A DNA stretch of 64,000 bases from Paraphysomonas bandaiensis (Eukaryota; Protista; Chrysophyceae). How positions within the stretch are numbered: the first letter of the stretch is position 1; each line of letters begins with the position of its first letter. The DNA lies in the NCBI GenBank assembly GCA_965644295.1, contig CBFFRP010000436.1, positions 1 to 64,000 of the forward strand, given 5' to 3'. Below, piece after piece: positions 39,470 to 52,012 of the stretch. The notes below the pieces were generated by a model. The model searched no databases. It was not told where the DNA came from and saw only the letters and a list, made by a program, of their open reading frames with translations. The position numbers and the translations under genes are program-made.

Positions 39470-41530
39470 AAGTGTGTAATTTTCGTGTAATTGTATATGG
39501 GGAGCAAAATACAGAACGGTATACTGTACTCTGTAGTCATATCATGTAAGGGTATAGAGAGCGATGTTGATGGCATATATATACTATATGGGGGTTACCA
39601 TAGCAATAGAATTCATCATTAACGCTGTATAAAAATATATTTTGGGTAAACTGTACAGTATATAAATCACGTGTATCAGTACCATACAGCAGAAGTTATC
39701 TCGGTGTAAGATCGGTACTTCTTATATGCCACATACCGCAGAGTGACTGCTGAGTAAGTGTTCTGGATTGAGAGTTCATGTAGTGCTCTTAGGGTGTAAT
39801 GCGCAGGTAACCAACACTGGCCAACGGTGGTGCCCCATTCAGAGCTAGACTTCCATCGACTCGCCAGGTATTGTGGATAAACAAGATTACACGTAACCTC
39901 ATGATTATAAACTTCTGACAAAAACTCCTGCGACTACGCTGGAAATCATCCTTCATTATGAGTGTTATATATATTACGTACTTGCAGTAGCGCGTACTTT
40001 TTACTACTGACAAGATGTTATTGTGTTTCCTAGTGACCATTGTTATGAATATGTTGCATGAAATGTTGCATGAATTGCACAATTAATTCTGACAAGATTA
40101 TTAGTAATCTACTGAAATGTTTACAGTAGTTCAATAATAATGTTGTCAGTATTATTTCTTCTTCCTTCATTACGCTTTTTCTCGTTTATATGTATGTGCT
40201 TCTTCTATTCTTTTATGCATGTAATAATAATAATCAAAATATTGTAATATCTTTTGTTTTGGTCTTTGCCATCAAACAATCGAATATTGTTTGAGTCATC
40301 CCGGCGCTTGCACCAACTATATACAGCTAAATGAAGTGCTATACAGATCGCAGGGTTAAATGGGTTCGCGTAAAGACGCTTTACATCGCTCGTGCTCTCA
40401 CCGGCTTGATCAGCTTTAGTTGTACAAAATGCAGTTTGCAGAGCATCATTAGGCCAATCCATTTGAGCCATGTTGATGTCATCAATATTATCCGACCGTC
40501 CGATTGTACCCACAGATAACTTAGTGAATAGGCCAGCAAACAGTCCCTCATTCCAAGTTACCTTGTTGCCATCAGGTCTCATCATGCAGAAATGTTTGCA
40601 TAATGCTACATAACCATCCAGATTAAAAGCACTCTTCCCTTCTTTAGGATTCATAATACCTCTTCTTTTCTTGGCACCTATATCACGTTTGTATGCAGCA
40701 ATAGCAGTTTTGCATGCTAGGTCAACCTTCGGTGGCCAAGGGTGCCCAATTTTGTCCATGGCCGGACAGTCATACTCATGCCACCACCGCAATGCAGATT
40801 TGTAATTCTGGTAAGTTTGGGCTGATACTGTCACAAGGTTTTTTCCTGGGTTTAACAGATCTTCTTCTACTTCTTGACAGTCATCTATCTCTGTTCTTAC
40901 TTTCCGCTTTCTGGGAAGTGTCGGATCGACTGATATTGCAGCAAAGAGAACTTCTGCTGTATGTTCTGCTATAGGTAATTTAAGTTTACAAAGTTTGCGT
41001 GCTTGTCCTGTATGCATTAGGGCCAACCCATCATCATCTGTTTCAATTGAGTCCAGTCGTATATATGAGTCGTTTAGTATTCGAGTCAGTGTGGACATTC
41101 TAGATAAATATCCTTTTTTGGACTCTTCCAATACATTCCTCTCCTTTTGTCCTTGAATCACTAGGTGTATTGCTGCAGGATCCATTTTGTCTATAGGTAA
41201 TACTCTCAGTTCTATAGCAGATTATTCTACGAAATATTAGCCTCTTAAGATATCATAATATATCCTTTTGGTTCAACGAACAAATCAACTGTTCATCACT
41301 GTAACATAAAATCAAGGCTTTTTTAAGCAAAAAAAACAATTTTGTGAATTGGGTGCCTTCAAAAATAGGTTAAAAATCTGTTTACTCCTGTGTAATTAGA
41401 ATTACACAGATCTGTTTGTTTCGAAAAATCTCAAAATCGCTGTTGTTTGTGTGGGTGATGTTTTCCTCCTGTGTAATTAGAATTACACAATCCAATAAAA
41501 ACTGGGGTTTCCAATTACACACTTCGGTGG
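39470..41530 (-). mobile_element. Crypton-type (tyrosine recombinase) transposon relic 1
   Basis: YR-like ORF plus palindromic TGTGTAA-N6-TTACACA sites at 41389 and 41470; boundaries approximate. Confidence 0.7.
40205..41185 (-). pseudogene. Crypton (CryptonS-like) tyrosine recombinase, C-terminally truncated
   Basis: YKSALRWW, KEGKSAF, GRSDNI..W.NDAL..F..TKADQAGE..LYANP..P.IC; the later HxxR/Y catalytic region is missing. Confidence 0.8.
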
Positions 41531-41791
41531 GTTTTTAGTGTTTTGTCGCATGTTTTTGTATAAGACGCCCTTACTACAGAACTCGTCAGAGGAAATTATG
41601 CTTGTATCCTACAGCCACACCACAGAAGCATAATAAAACACCATACACTTCTTTGTGCCCTATGTATATCTTATACAGTCACATCAAGTACTAAACTGAA
41701 AATAACATCCTCTATCTTGTGTCTGATTTCTCTTCGCAGCATCTCATCAATACAAGAAACAAACATCCATCTACTGAACAATGCGAGCCGA

Positions 41792-43450
41792 ATGATGAAG
41801 CTCAGGACCACCTCGTGCAGTACGCTGGCATTAGCTTGTCGACGCAATAAGTCTTGTCGATTTCTTTCCATTGACACCAACCTCATCGTGGACAAAAGTA
41901 TGTTCTCACACTTTAGATCGAAACCAGACAAGAACGAGACCGATTTCCTCGAGAGCTTGGCGAACTGTCGAGTTGAAGCCATTGGGGATGGCATCGATGT
42001 GATTCGTATTAACAACAAGTTGGGAGTGCCATGGGAATGCTTGGGCCCACAGAAGTTGTTTGTAAGGGAGTTTTATCCTGACTTGTTGAGAGAAATAAGG
42101 AAACATAAGAGAAGTGTTCTCATTGGAAACCCTGGAATTGGCAAATCCTTTTTCCAGTATTATTACCTGGCTCGAATACTGAATCCGTCTTTGTTCGGGC
42201 CCCTTCCTCCTGACTGTGACGGCTCCACCACCCCGCCGAAGATAGTCATCCGCCAGGAGGGCACTTCTACCATGACAATATTCGACATTGCCAATCGCCA
42301 AGCAGAGAGAGTTGATGGTTGTCCAGGTACACTTCTGGACTGTTTTGATCCAGAAACGTCATTATATTTGATGGAACCTGGTAAAGCTGTGGAGGAACCA
42401 TTTTTTGCAAGACTTCGCTTTCCCACTTTGGCCACCGTACCTCCGAATCCGGCCCGATATAAGCAATTCTGCAAGCACGGAGGAATAGCACTGTACATGC
42501 CTGTTTTCACTCTTCGGGAGTTACTTGCGATTGGGAAGTATTTGCTGGAGAACGAGCATGTGCCGGAGTTGCTGCAGCCTGAGTATTCTTCTGAGCAGAT
42601 CACGAAGCGCTTTCACCAATTTGGGGGTATTTTCCGCCATGTGCTGCCGGTATCTCTCGCTTATCTTGATATGTGTCGACGTAGTCAGTCCAAGGCAATA
42701 GGTTCGTGTAATGCACGTGCACTCCTGGTCTCCGGCGATATTGAGGATGCGGACGTCAGTCATTTCATCATGCAATATGACGTGGAGAGGGATGGCGAAT
42801 TCCCCTTTTGCGAATATCGTTTGAACTTTGTGAACGAGTCCGTCGCATCTCAAGTTCAAGATAAGCTTAACAAGGGCTCTCTGAGCGACAGGAGATCAGC
42901 GCTGATTCGAAATGACATGATAGGATTTATGGCGGATGCATCTGCTAAGATCTATGAAAGTGTCATTGCGGATCAATTGACATCTGGCGTGCGATGGAGA
43001 AAACGGGAAGTGATCGCCAGCTCAGAGGGGAAAGTAAGTGAATGGTCCAATTTCTCGTTGAGGTTGAATGAAGCGATTAAGGGGCACCCTCCTCCGTTCG
43101 AGAAAATGCGGCCACTGGTGCTGTACGTGCCTTCGAATCCGACCTTTCCATTGGTTGAATACATGTACAAGACGGAGCAGGGGGAATTGGTTATGTTTCA
43201 GGTCACCAGAAACAAGTCTGCAAAGAAGATTATCAAGGGGAGTGCTTTGGAGCAGTTATTGGACAAGATTAAACTTCCCGTCGACAAGGTATCGCTGCTG
43301 AGGTTAGTTCTCATCCCATTGCCGTCGCTGGCACAAAGCGCACGATTCGAAGTAGCCGAGGAGGACAAGATCCTAATGAATGCGGCGCTGGAAAATGGTT
43401 ATGAAGTCTGGCATATTCCCAGTGATTATTTGAGCTATTTCGCGGAATGA
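41792..43450 (+). CDS. Crinkler/RHS-like P-loop NTPase + restriction-endonuclease-fold protein, copy 1
   Basis: FVREFY, LIGNPGIGKS (Walker A), YMPVFTLREL, RFHQFGGIFR, FPLVE..MFQVT; intronless; start placed by alignment with copy 2. Confidence 0.85.
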   Translation: MMKLRTTSCSTLALACRRNKSCRFLSIDTNLIVDKSMFSHFRSKPDKNETDFLESLANCRVEAIGDGIDVIRINNKLGVPWECLGPQKLFVREFYPDLLREIRKHKRSVLIGNPGIGKSFFQYYYLARILNPSLFGPLPPDCDGSTTPPKIVIRQEGTSTMTIFDIANRQAERVDGCPGTLLDCFDPETSLYLMEPGKAVEEPFFARLRFPTLATVPPNPARYKQFCKHGGIALYMPVFTLRELLAIGKYLLENEHVPELLQPEYSSEQITKRFHQFGGIFRHVLPVSLAYLDMCRRSQSKAIGSCNARALLVSGDIEDADVSHFIMQYDVERDGEFPFCEYRLNFVNESVASQVQDKLNKGSLSDRRSALIRNDMIGFMADASAKIYESVIADQLTSGVRWRKREVIASSEGKVSEWSNFSLRLNEAIKGHPPPFEKMRPLVLYVPSNPTFPLVEYMYKTEQGELVMFQVTRNKSAKKIIKGSALEQLLDKIKLPVDKVSLLRLVLIPLPSLAQSARFEVAEEDKILMNAALENGYEVWHIPSDYLSYFAE

Positions 43451-45750
43451 GAAGGAACTATAGCAGTATTTTAGTGACAGTGACTTTAAGTCTTGTGCCA
43501 TCATCATCACAGCAAGTGCGCCTGCCTGCCTGCGGCTGAGGGGTCCACAGTGACCTGTGTATGTGTATCTCATATCTATCATGCTAGTGACGTTGTCTAC
43601 TTATTACTGTCATACATAAGAATAGCAAGTTATATTATATGGTATACACAACTCTTGTGAGTCAACTAATAAGCAACTTTGTACCACGCACTAGCTACTT
43701 CTCTCATGCATACATAATAGGTATTATCCGGAATCCGCCCGGACCCTTAATATCAAATAATCTCCCTTCTGCCCCCTGCTTTTTGCTTTTAATAGCGATG
43801 CGTTGTTTGGCGCTTAGAGGTACGAGGGTTTTAAGTGCTTAAACCCAAGGTTGCTTTAATCTGCCTTGCATTGTAGCCCGCTTATTAGCCTAGTTTTACT
43901 AATTACTAATAATAAAGAGAAGGCACTGTGACTCTGTAATCTGTAACTCCCCATCCAGAGGACAAATAAAATTATACTGTGCGCATGCTCACTGCTACAA
44001 ACAATCCACAGGGAACTCATCGAGGATGAAATACGCATTTTGACGCGCGTGCGGGGTTTTCCCAGCCTGAGCTCTGAGATAGAGTCGGCGCGTCATCAAT
44101 ATATTGCAATCATATTTAATCACTGTATATTATATTATGGTAAAATAATAAATAGACCTACTTTGATAAATATCCATGACTATTAATATCATAACATGCT
44201 CAATATCGTAACAATACATGTATCCTAATAACAATAAGGCATCGATATCATATAGATACGCATCATCTCTGCCTTATCCCATCCATCCTTTTCTTCACCT
44301 AGATTTACTCAATCCATATATACATCATATCATGTTTACCTACAAGTAAAGTCATCACATCATAAAACATATCTACCTACCACCGCAAGGATTATAGCAT
44401 AACATTTCTATTCGCTTACAAAAACGACATGTCTAATGTATTTCATCATCACCCCAAGATTATCACCCATATATGCATTCTCATATATCACAGTATATAT
44501 CGTCCACACACTCAATATCATAGATAGCATATAGTCACACATCTGACATCTCAATGCACCTCATCTAGCCATTAGACAGTGCTAATGACCACTATAGCAT
44601 AATATCAATACACCCATAATAAGCATTCATACAAACATATACAGCACACATAGTCATTCCCAGATACATTGGTTCTTATCAGAACTCAGCAATGCACATA
44701 GGATATAATAGTGCCAATATACACAATAATAGTCAATACTTATAGCTAACAAAAGACAGCTGCAGAAAGACACCATTTCGAATGTTACTATTTCTATGTG
44801 TGTATGTAGGATGTAGAAAACATGAAATAGAATGGTTGTGCATGTTCTGTGATATTAATTACTACTACGATACATCATGCTGGGTACTGAATCCTAGTAT
44901 TCTAGTATTATTACATCTTGAAAAGTTGCATCTCATTCCAATTTAGTCCACCCACGATTTCCTATATTATATATTTAATTATATTATATATATGCGCCTT
45001 TAGTTCTCATCCTTCGAACTCATCACACTAGCTGCTCTTCTTGCTTATATCTATATTATTATTAGAGCTAGCTATAAAGCAATTTTGATAAATATCTTGA
45101 GGCGCACCTGTCTAGCTAGCTCTCACTTTTTTGTTGGTGTGCAATGAAATAATGGCCATTGTGCGACGCCTTTCTGGCTTATTAAATAGTATTACTCCGG
45201 CAGCTTATGTAATTAATTTAGGTAGGAGCCCTGCGTCCTCAGGATGGCTATTGATCACTATATGCAGAGCGAGCAGTGGGATACATTAACCACTACTGAG
45301 ACTCTATATTCGACTTACTACTGCAGACAAAGTGTTTGGAGAGGTGAGAGGGTGTGGGGGGATCACGTATCATCTCTGTGGCTTGGATTCTGTGCCGGTC
45401 AGCATTCGACCGAAAAATATGGGATCCCACACAGTGCATATCAGGTCATACATTCACCAGAAATTTGGATGGTGCCTATAAGTAATATATATGATGCCAT
45501 ATCGATGGATGGAGGGCATTGATAGGCCATATCAACCAATTTGATTAGATTTATGTCCAAGTAGTCATAAAGTGTTACACTTCATTCATGGAGGTCATGA
45601 AGTGTAACACTTCGTCATTAGAATTGACCTGGCAATAGACTCTGCTGTAGTTATAAAAAGTAGAAATTGTACCTTGGGAATATCATAAGTCAGCTTCAAT
45701 GATAGAAAGTACATTACAAATGAACACTCAAGCAATAGAAATAAAGTGGA

Positions 45751-47790
45751 GTGGAACTCACAGATGAGGAACTCTTTGGATGTATGCCGGAGCGCCTTCG
45801 TCCATTGCCGCACAAGACTCGAGGAAAAAGGATATATAAGTATCAGAATCTTACCGGAAAGAAGCTCACGATGGAGGAAAAACTATGGCTACTTAAAGAG
45901 GTGGACTTTCAGTTTGGCGACAGACCAGGTCAAAATAGAACCAAGAAAGGGCTAGTTCGACGATACAGTTTGTATAAGAAGTTCTTCGCTCGAAATTGGA
46001 AGACGTATAAAGAATATCAGGTAGCCAAGAATCGAGGTCGCTGGCAGGCTGCTTCGAAACCAGATCAATTAAGTAGAGTTAAATCGGCTTTAGCGATCGC
46101 CTGAAATAATGCAGATGAAACCTCATATGACCAATTGTGGAAACTTATAAGTACTGAAGCAGTCGGAGATAAAAGGAAGAGAGGCATAGTTGAACCAGAA
46201 AATGAAGGAAAATTAGTTGGCCACGCTACGACGCTGAACTTCATAAAATCTCACAAATTAACTGTTGGAAACAGACAGCCCATACAAGACCATAGGTTAA
46301 AAGCATGCAAGTGTCCACTTATGTCTTATGTGTGGTACCTGATATGTTATACCCTCTCGGCATTCTTGGAACCATGTTGCAAATGGAACGCAGATGCGTG
46401 CACATTTGTATTTGATTTAACTACTTCATCCGGCAAGTACAAAAATAAAACAGTTCGACTGCTATATGAGGACGAATATGAATGTTTGCCTGGCGATGTA
46501 ATTCAAATGAAAAATACACAGAGAGGAAAAAAGAAATCAGACAATTCTAATAAGACTTCCTTCGCCATCAAGGTAATGCAGATGATAAATGCAGCAGGTG
46601 ACAATTCGTGCTTTGTTGGGATACTCGCTATCAAAAATATGCCCCCAGATACGTTTCACGTTGAAGAAGTTGCAGGTTTAAGTCTGTCCACTCATGTTGG
46701 TGCTAGAGGCCTTGTCTATTTTTCAAGGACACGATGTGGCACCAAAGCAATGTGGAAGAACTATTTTTTTCGTGTTGTTAAAAACCAACAATTGAAGTTG
46801 CCAGAAATACGCATGATCCTCGCAATCCAGACGGTTCACCAATGAGGAATTTCTTCAGCACCGATGAGGAAAGACATCATTATCTCGAGGGCTTACGAAG
46901 ACGATGTACGAACTATGTTTGAAGAAATTCTTACAGACTATGGTCGGGTTGGTGCAGGCACAACGGGAATTCATAATGCCTGCGATCGTCAGCTCACCTA
47001 TCCGGAAGTCAAAAAATTAGTTCGCAAGCAGTTACTAGATAACAGCTCATGGAGAAATCAATTCAAAAAGCATTTGATAGTATGAGCCAGACTTTTCCAT
47101 CTGTTGACTTTGGTAAAGCCTTAAAGGATAAGTACACTCTCGGGTTGAGCATTTTGGTTGATTGTTTCGACAAAGTAATGAACCGCGAGATGGTTATAAG
47201 AGGATTCACTTGCTGTGGCCAAGACGCTGTGCCGGATGAAAGCGGTGTAACTATTGACACTTTGCGAAGATGATGTACCAGTGTTATTCAGACATATCGG
47301 GTGAACAATTAAAACACATGTATGACTTAACCCCAATGCTTAGCGAGTACATTAGACTTCGTGGACGCGTAACACATAGCGAGTTGGTTGAGGGGGGTAT
47401 TAAATCTGGTACCACCACCATTAACCGTGATGATCTCACGCATGTTCGGCATTGGTCAGAATTGTTAATCACGAAGAAGTGGTTGAAAGATACAAGGCCG
47501 AGATGGCTGCTAGAGATCCCGCGGTCATCAGAAAGAGACGGGCCGAGAAAACGCTTCGCAAGGAAGCTGCAAGACAGCAACAGCTTTCTGATAAGGCGGA
47601 AAGGGTAAGAATTAAGAAAGCAGAAAATGTTCTGAGAAAGGAAGCAGAGCGACAAAGGAAAGAATCATAAACTTTGGAGAAAAGAAAAGCTGAGTCTCAA
47701 TCCAAGCGCGGCGCTGCTATTATCGAGAAAAATATTAAAGAACAAATTAGACTGATGGAAATTGAAGATGCTTTTATCAGTTCTAGCTGA
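45751..47790 (+). pseudogene. Degenerate pogo/DDE_1-like transposase
   Basis: WNADACTF, VMQMINAAG, GTTGIHNACD; charged tail; stops and frameshifts. Confidence 0.6.
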
Positions 47791-47856
47791 TTATGAAACA
47801 AGATGTACTCGTACTTAAGAGGAATGGCTGATGGGGTGGAAGATATTCGATTCACT

Positions 47857-48468
47857 GTATCGGCAGTCAGCATCTCATTTTGCGGAAATAAATTGAAAGA
47901 AAATTCTTCTATATTACTGAACAATAACTACGGCTGGAATACAGATAATTATTGTCTCAATATTAGAGGCATCTTGGAACAAAAATAAACGAAGGATGCC
48001 GATACTTGTATGCTATTGGAGGACTTCCAAAAATGCAACATCCGAAAAAACAAAAAGGTGGAGCAAAAACAAAAAAATCCAGTGCGGATGTTGCATTTTT
48101 GGAAGTCCTCCATTGCTCGCACATATTCCCAACTAGAATTATCTAATTTTTGCATAGGAAATTGATTTTTATAGCTAAATAATAGAGAATTGATTTCTAG
48201 ATTCCAATTTCCAACATTTTAATTGTAAAGGCTAATAATAGGCATAGTTTGAATATACAGGTATAATCGTGTATATCTATCCCGTATACAACGTAATACG
48301 TACCTTTTCATACTTTTCACCGTATCGGCATCATCTATCTGTATATGCCTATCTGTATATTGAGACAACAATTATCTGTATTCCAGCCGTAGTTATATAT
48401 CAGTAATATAGAAGCTTTTTGCTTCAATATACTCCCGAAAAAATAAGATGCTGACTGCCGATCGATAC
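47857..48468. repeat. Inverted pair of the ~150-bp repeat (47857-48005, 48322-48468)
   Basis: GTATCGGCAGTCAGCATC... mirrored at both ends. Confidence 0.8.
48017..48112. repeat. 28-bp perfect inverted repeat with 40-bp spacer (mini-MITE)
   Basis: TGGAGGACTTCCAAAAATGCAACATCCG / CGGATGTTGCATTTTTGGAAGTCCTCCA. Confidence 0.9.
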
Positions 48469-48548
48469 GACGGACCACAACAACATTTTTATGTTCCATC
48501 TCATCAATAGCAGAAACAAACATCCATCTACTGAACAATGCGAGCCGA

Positions 48549-50207
48549 ATGATGAAGCTCAGGACCACCTCGCGCAGTACGCTGGCATTAGCTTGTCGAC
48601 GCAATAAGTCTTGTCGATTTCTTTCCATTGACACCAACCTCATCGAGGACACAGAAACGTACTTTGACTTTAGACCGAAACGAGACAAGAACGAGACCGA
48701 TTTCCTCGAGAGCTTGGCGAACTGTCGAGTTGAAGCCATTGGGGATGGCATCGATGTGATTCGTATTAACAACAAGTTGGGAGTGCCATGGGAATGCTTG
48801 GGCCCACAGAAGTTGTTTGTAAGGGAGTTTTATCCTGACTTGTTGAGAGAAATAAGGAAACATAAGAGAAGTGTTCTCATTGGAAACCCTGGAATTGGCA
48901 AATCCTTTTTCCAGTATTATTACCTGGCTCGAATACTGAATCCGTCATTGTTCGGCCCCCTTCCTCCTGACTGCTACGGCTCCACCACCCCGCCGAAGAT
49001 AGTCATCCGCCAGGAGGGCACTTCTACCATGACAATATTCGACATTGCCAATCGCCAAGCAGAGAGAGTTGATGGTTGTCCAGGTACACTTCTGGACTGT
49101 TTTGATCCAGAAACGTCATTATATTTGATGGAACCTGGTAAAGCTGTGGTGGAACCCTATTCTGCAAGACTTCGCTTTCCCACTTTGGCCACCGTACCTC
49201 CGAATCTGGCCCGATATAAGCAATTCTGCAAGCACGGAGGAATAGCACTGTACATGCCTGTTTTCACTCTTCGGGAGTTACTTGCGATTGGGAAGTATTT
49301 GCTGGAGAACGAGCATGTGCCGGAGTTGCTGCAGCCTGAGTATTCTTCTGAGCAGATCACGAAGCGCTTTCACCAATTTGGGGGTATTTTCCGCCATGTG
49401 CTGCCGGTATCTCTCGCTTATCTTGATATGTGTCGACGTAGTCAGTCCAAGGCAATAGGTTCGTGTAATGCACGTGCACTCCTGATCTCCGGCGATATTG
49501 AGAGAGCAGACGTCAGTCATTTCATCATGCAATATGACGTGGAGAGGGATGGCGAATTTTCCTTTCGCAGATATCGCTTGAACTTCGTGAACGAGTCCGT
49601 CGCATCTCAAGTTCAAGATAAGCTTAACAAGGGCTCTCTGAGCGACAGGAGATCAGCGCTGATTCGAAATGACATGACAGGATTTATGGCGGATGCATCT
49701 GCTAAGATCTATGAAAGTGTCATTGCGGATCAATTGACATCTGGCGTGCGATGGAGAAAACGGGAAGTGATCGCCAGCTCAGAGGGGAAAGTAAGTGAAT
49801 GGTCCAATTTCTCGTTGAGGTTGAATGAAGCGATTAAGGGGCCCCCTCCTCCGTTCGAGAAAATGCGGCCACTGGTGCTGTACGTGCCTTCGAATCCGAC
49901 CTTTCCATTGGTTGAATACATGTACAAGACGGAGCAGGGGGAATTGGTTATGTTTCAGGTCACCAGAAACAAGTCTGCAAAGAAGATTATCAAGGGGAGT
50001 GCTTTGGAGCAGTTATTGGACAAGATTAAACTTCCCGTCGACAAGGTATCGCTGCTGAGGTTAGTTCTCATCCCATTGCCGTCGCTGGCACAAAGCGCAC
50101 GATTCGAAGTAGCCGAGGAGGACAAGATCCTAATGAATGCGGCGCTGGAAAATGGTTATGAAGTCTGGCATATTCCCAGTGATTATTTGAGCTATTTCGC
50201 GGAATGA
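48549..50207 (+). CDS. Crinkler/RHS-like NTPase + REase protein, copy 2
   Basis: Near-identical paralog of copy 1; duplicated block ~41740-43936 = ~48498-50689. Confidence 0.87.
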   Translation: MMKLRTTSRSTLALACRRNKSCRFLSIDTNLIEDTETYFDFRPKRDKNETDFLESLANCRVEAIGDGIDVIRINNKLGVPWECLGPQKLFVREFYPDLLREIRKHKRSVLIGNPGIGKSFFQYYYLARILNPSLFGPLPPDCYGSTTPPKIVIRQEGTSTMTIFDIANRQAERVDGCPGTLLDCFDPETSLYLMEPGKAVVEPYSARLRFPTLATVPPNLARYKQFCKHGGIALYMPVFTLRELLAIGKYLLENEHVPELLQPEYSSEQITKRFHQFGGIFRHVLPVSLAYLDMCRRSQSKAIGSCNARALLISGDIERADVSHFIMQYDVERDGEFSFRRYRLNFVNESVASQVQDKLNKGSLSDRRSALIRNDMTGFMADASAKIYESVIADQLTSGVRWRKREVIASSEGKVSEWSNFSLRLNEAIKGPPPPFEKMRPLVLYVPSNPTFPLVEYMYKTEQGELVMFQVTRNKSAKKIIKGSALEQLLDKIKLPVDKVSLLRLVLIPLPSLAQSARFEVAEEDKILMNAALENGYEVWHIPSDYLSYFAE

Positions 50208-52012
50208 GAAGGAACTATAGCAGTATTAGTGACAGTGACTTTAAGTCTTGTGCCATCATCATCACAGCAAGTGCGCCTGCCTGCCTGCGGCTGAGGGGTC
50301 CACTGTGACCTGTGTATGTGTATCTCATATCTATCATGCTAGTGACGTTGTCTACTTATTACTGTCATACATAAGAATAGCAAGTTATATTATATGGTAT
50401 ACACAACTCTTGTGATTCAACTAATAAGCAACTTTGTACCACGCACTAGCTACTTCTCTCATGCATACATAATAGGTATTATCCGGAATCCGCCCGGACC
50501 CTTAATATCAAATAATCTCCCTTCTGCCCCCTGCTTTTTGCTTTTAATAGCGATGCATTGTTTGGCGCTTAGAGGTACGAGGTTTTTAAGTGCTTAAACC
50601 CAAGGTTGCTTTAATCTGCCTTGCATTGTTGCCCGCTTATTAGCCTAGTTTTACTAATTACTAATAATAAAGAGAAGGCACTGTGACTCAGGCTTGCGTA
50701 ACCATTAATGGTAATGGCCATAAAAGTGGGGGAGTGATGTAGTGCCCATTTTCAGATGATTAAGATCGTTGTAAGAGAATTTTAAGTTAGTCAAACTAGA
50801 TAGATTACTTTATTATAATTGTATACACAATTGTGTGTGTTGTCATGTAACACATGTCAACAACATGATAAATTATTCTTTCGTTCATGTCAACCACTGC
50901 TCAACTTCCGTATCTTGAATCGTCATGATATAATACTTCAGTTTCACAGTTATAGCTATATAGCACCTTTGACTATTGACTATGTATTACTGTTTTTCAC
51001 ATTGTATTTAACGTATTCTACAGGACTATCTTAGAGAACCATACGTATTCCAACATTACTCCGGCAGCTTCTTAATTAATTTAGGTAGTAGGCTGCTCAA
51101 AGTGCATTTTAAATCCATAAAACAAGCAAGCTATCGCCATGAATCTCCTATATCCATAGATACAAATAGTTGTTATATATAAGAATAGTCGCTGGTTTGT
51201 GATTTACTGTAAATCCTAAAATCACATAAAGTATGCTTATATTGTCTATTATAAAATTATACGCCTAATGGCTGTGTATCGCCTTTTGAAAATAAAATTT
51301 GATTGCATCTAAAAATACTATAACGGCTATAATCGCTAGGTACAGCATTACTCACATAGCTAATTTTAGCACGAATTTCTTTTTTCTACTACTATAATGT
51401 ATAATATTATTAATAAACATTATAAATATCGAATCTGACCGTATTGCAATTTATCTAACACTATAATAATATGCCATATACATATGAAGTGGCAGTGTGT
51501 AACATGCAAACGTTAATATACACAAAATTAATTAAGTGAATATAAAAGACAATGTTATCACGCATTGCATCAATAACAGATCCTCCAGACAGCATAATAT
51601 AATAATTAATAATCTGCTACGATATACATTCACGTCCATTGAACAACAAACAGGACATTTCTACCAGTACCGACAACGAGGTTTACTCGCGTTATGTGCT
51701 CATGTCCAGGAGTCGTGCCTTACAAGGTACCAGACAGCCGGTCTGTTATTGAGCACCTACTTCATAAGAAGAGCACCACGAATGCCGCCATATTCATACA
51801 ATGAGACGCCTCTTCATTGATAGTCATATATAATCATAATGTCATACGGTCATGTAGGCATATAGCCATATACGCATATAGGCAGGTCTGTTGCAGAGAG
51901 AGCTCAAGTGCAACCTATATGTGCAGTCTCATCTACCCACAGCATACAATCTCAATAAGCCGCATTTCTTCTATAGATAAGACAGCTGAGGTGTGCAACT
52001 CAGAGCTAGTTA

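Noticed and set aside
41671-50058. Antisense and alternative-frame ORFs over the CR genes
   Set aside because: Shadow ORFs, repeated only because the genes are duplicated
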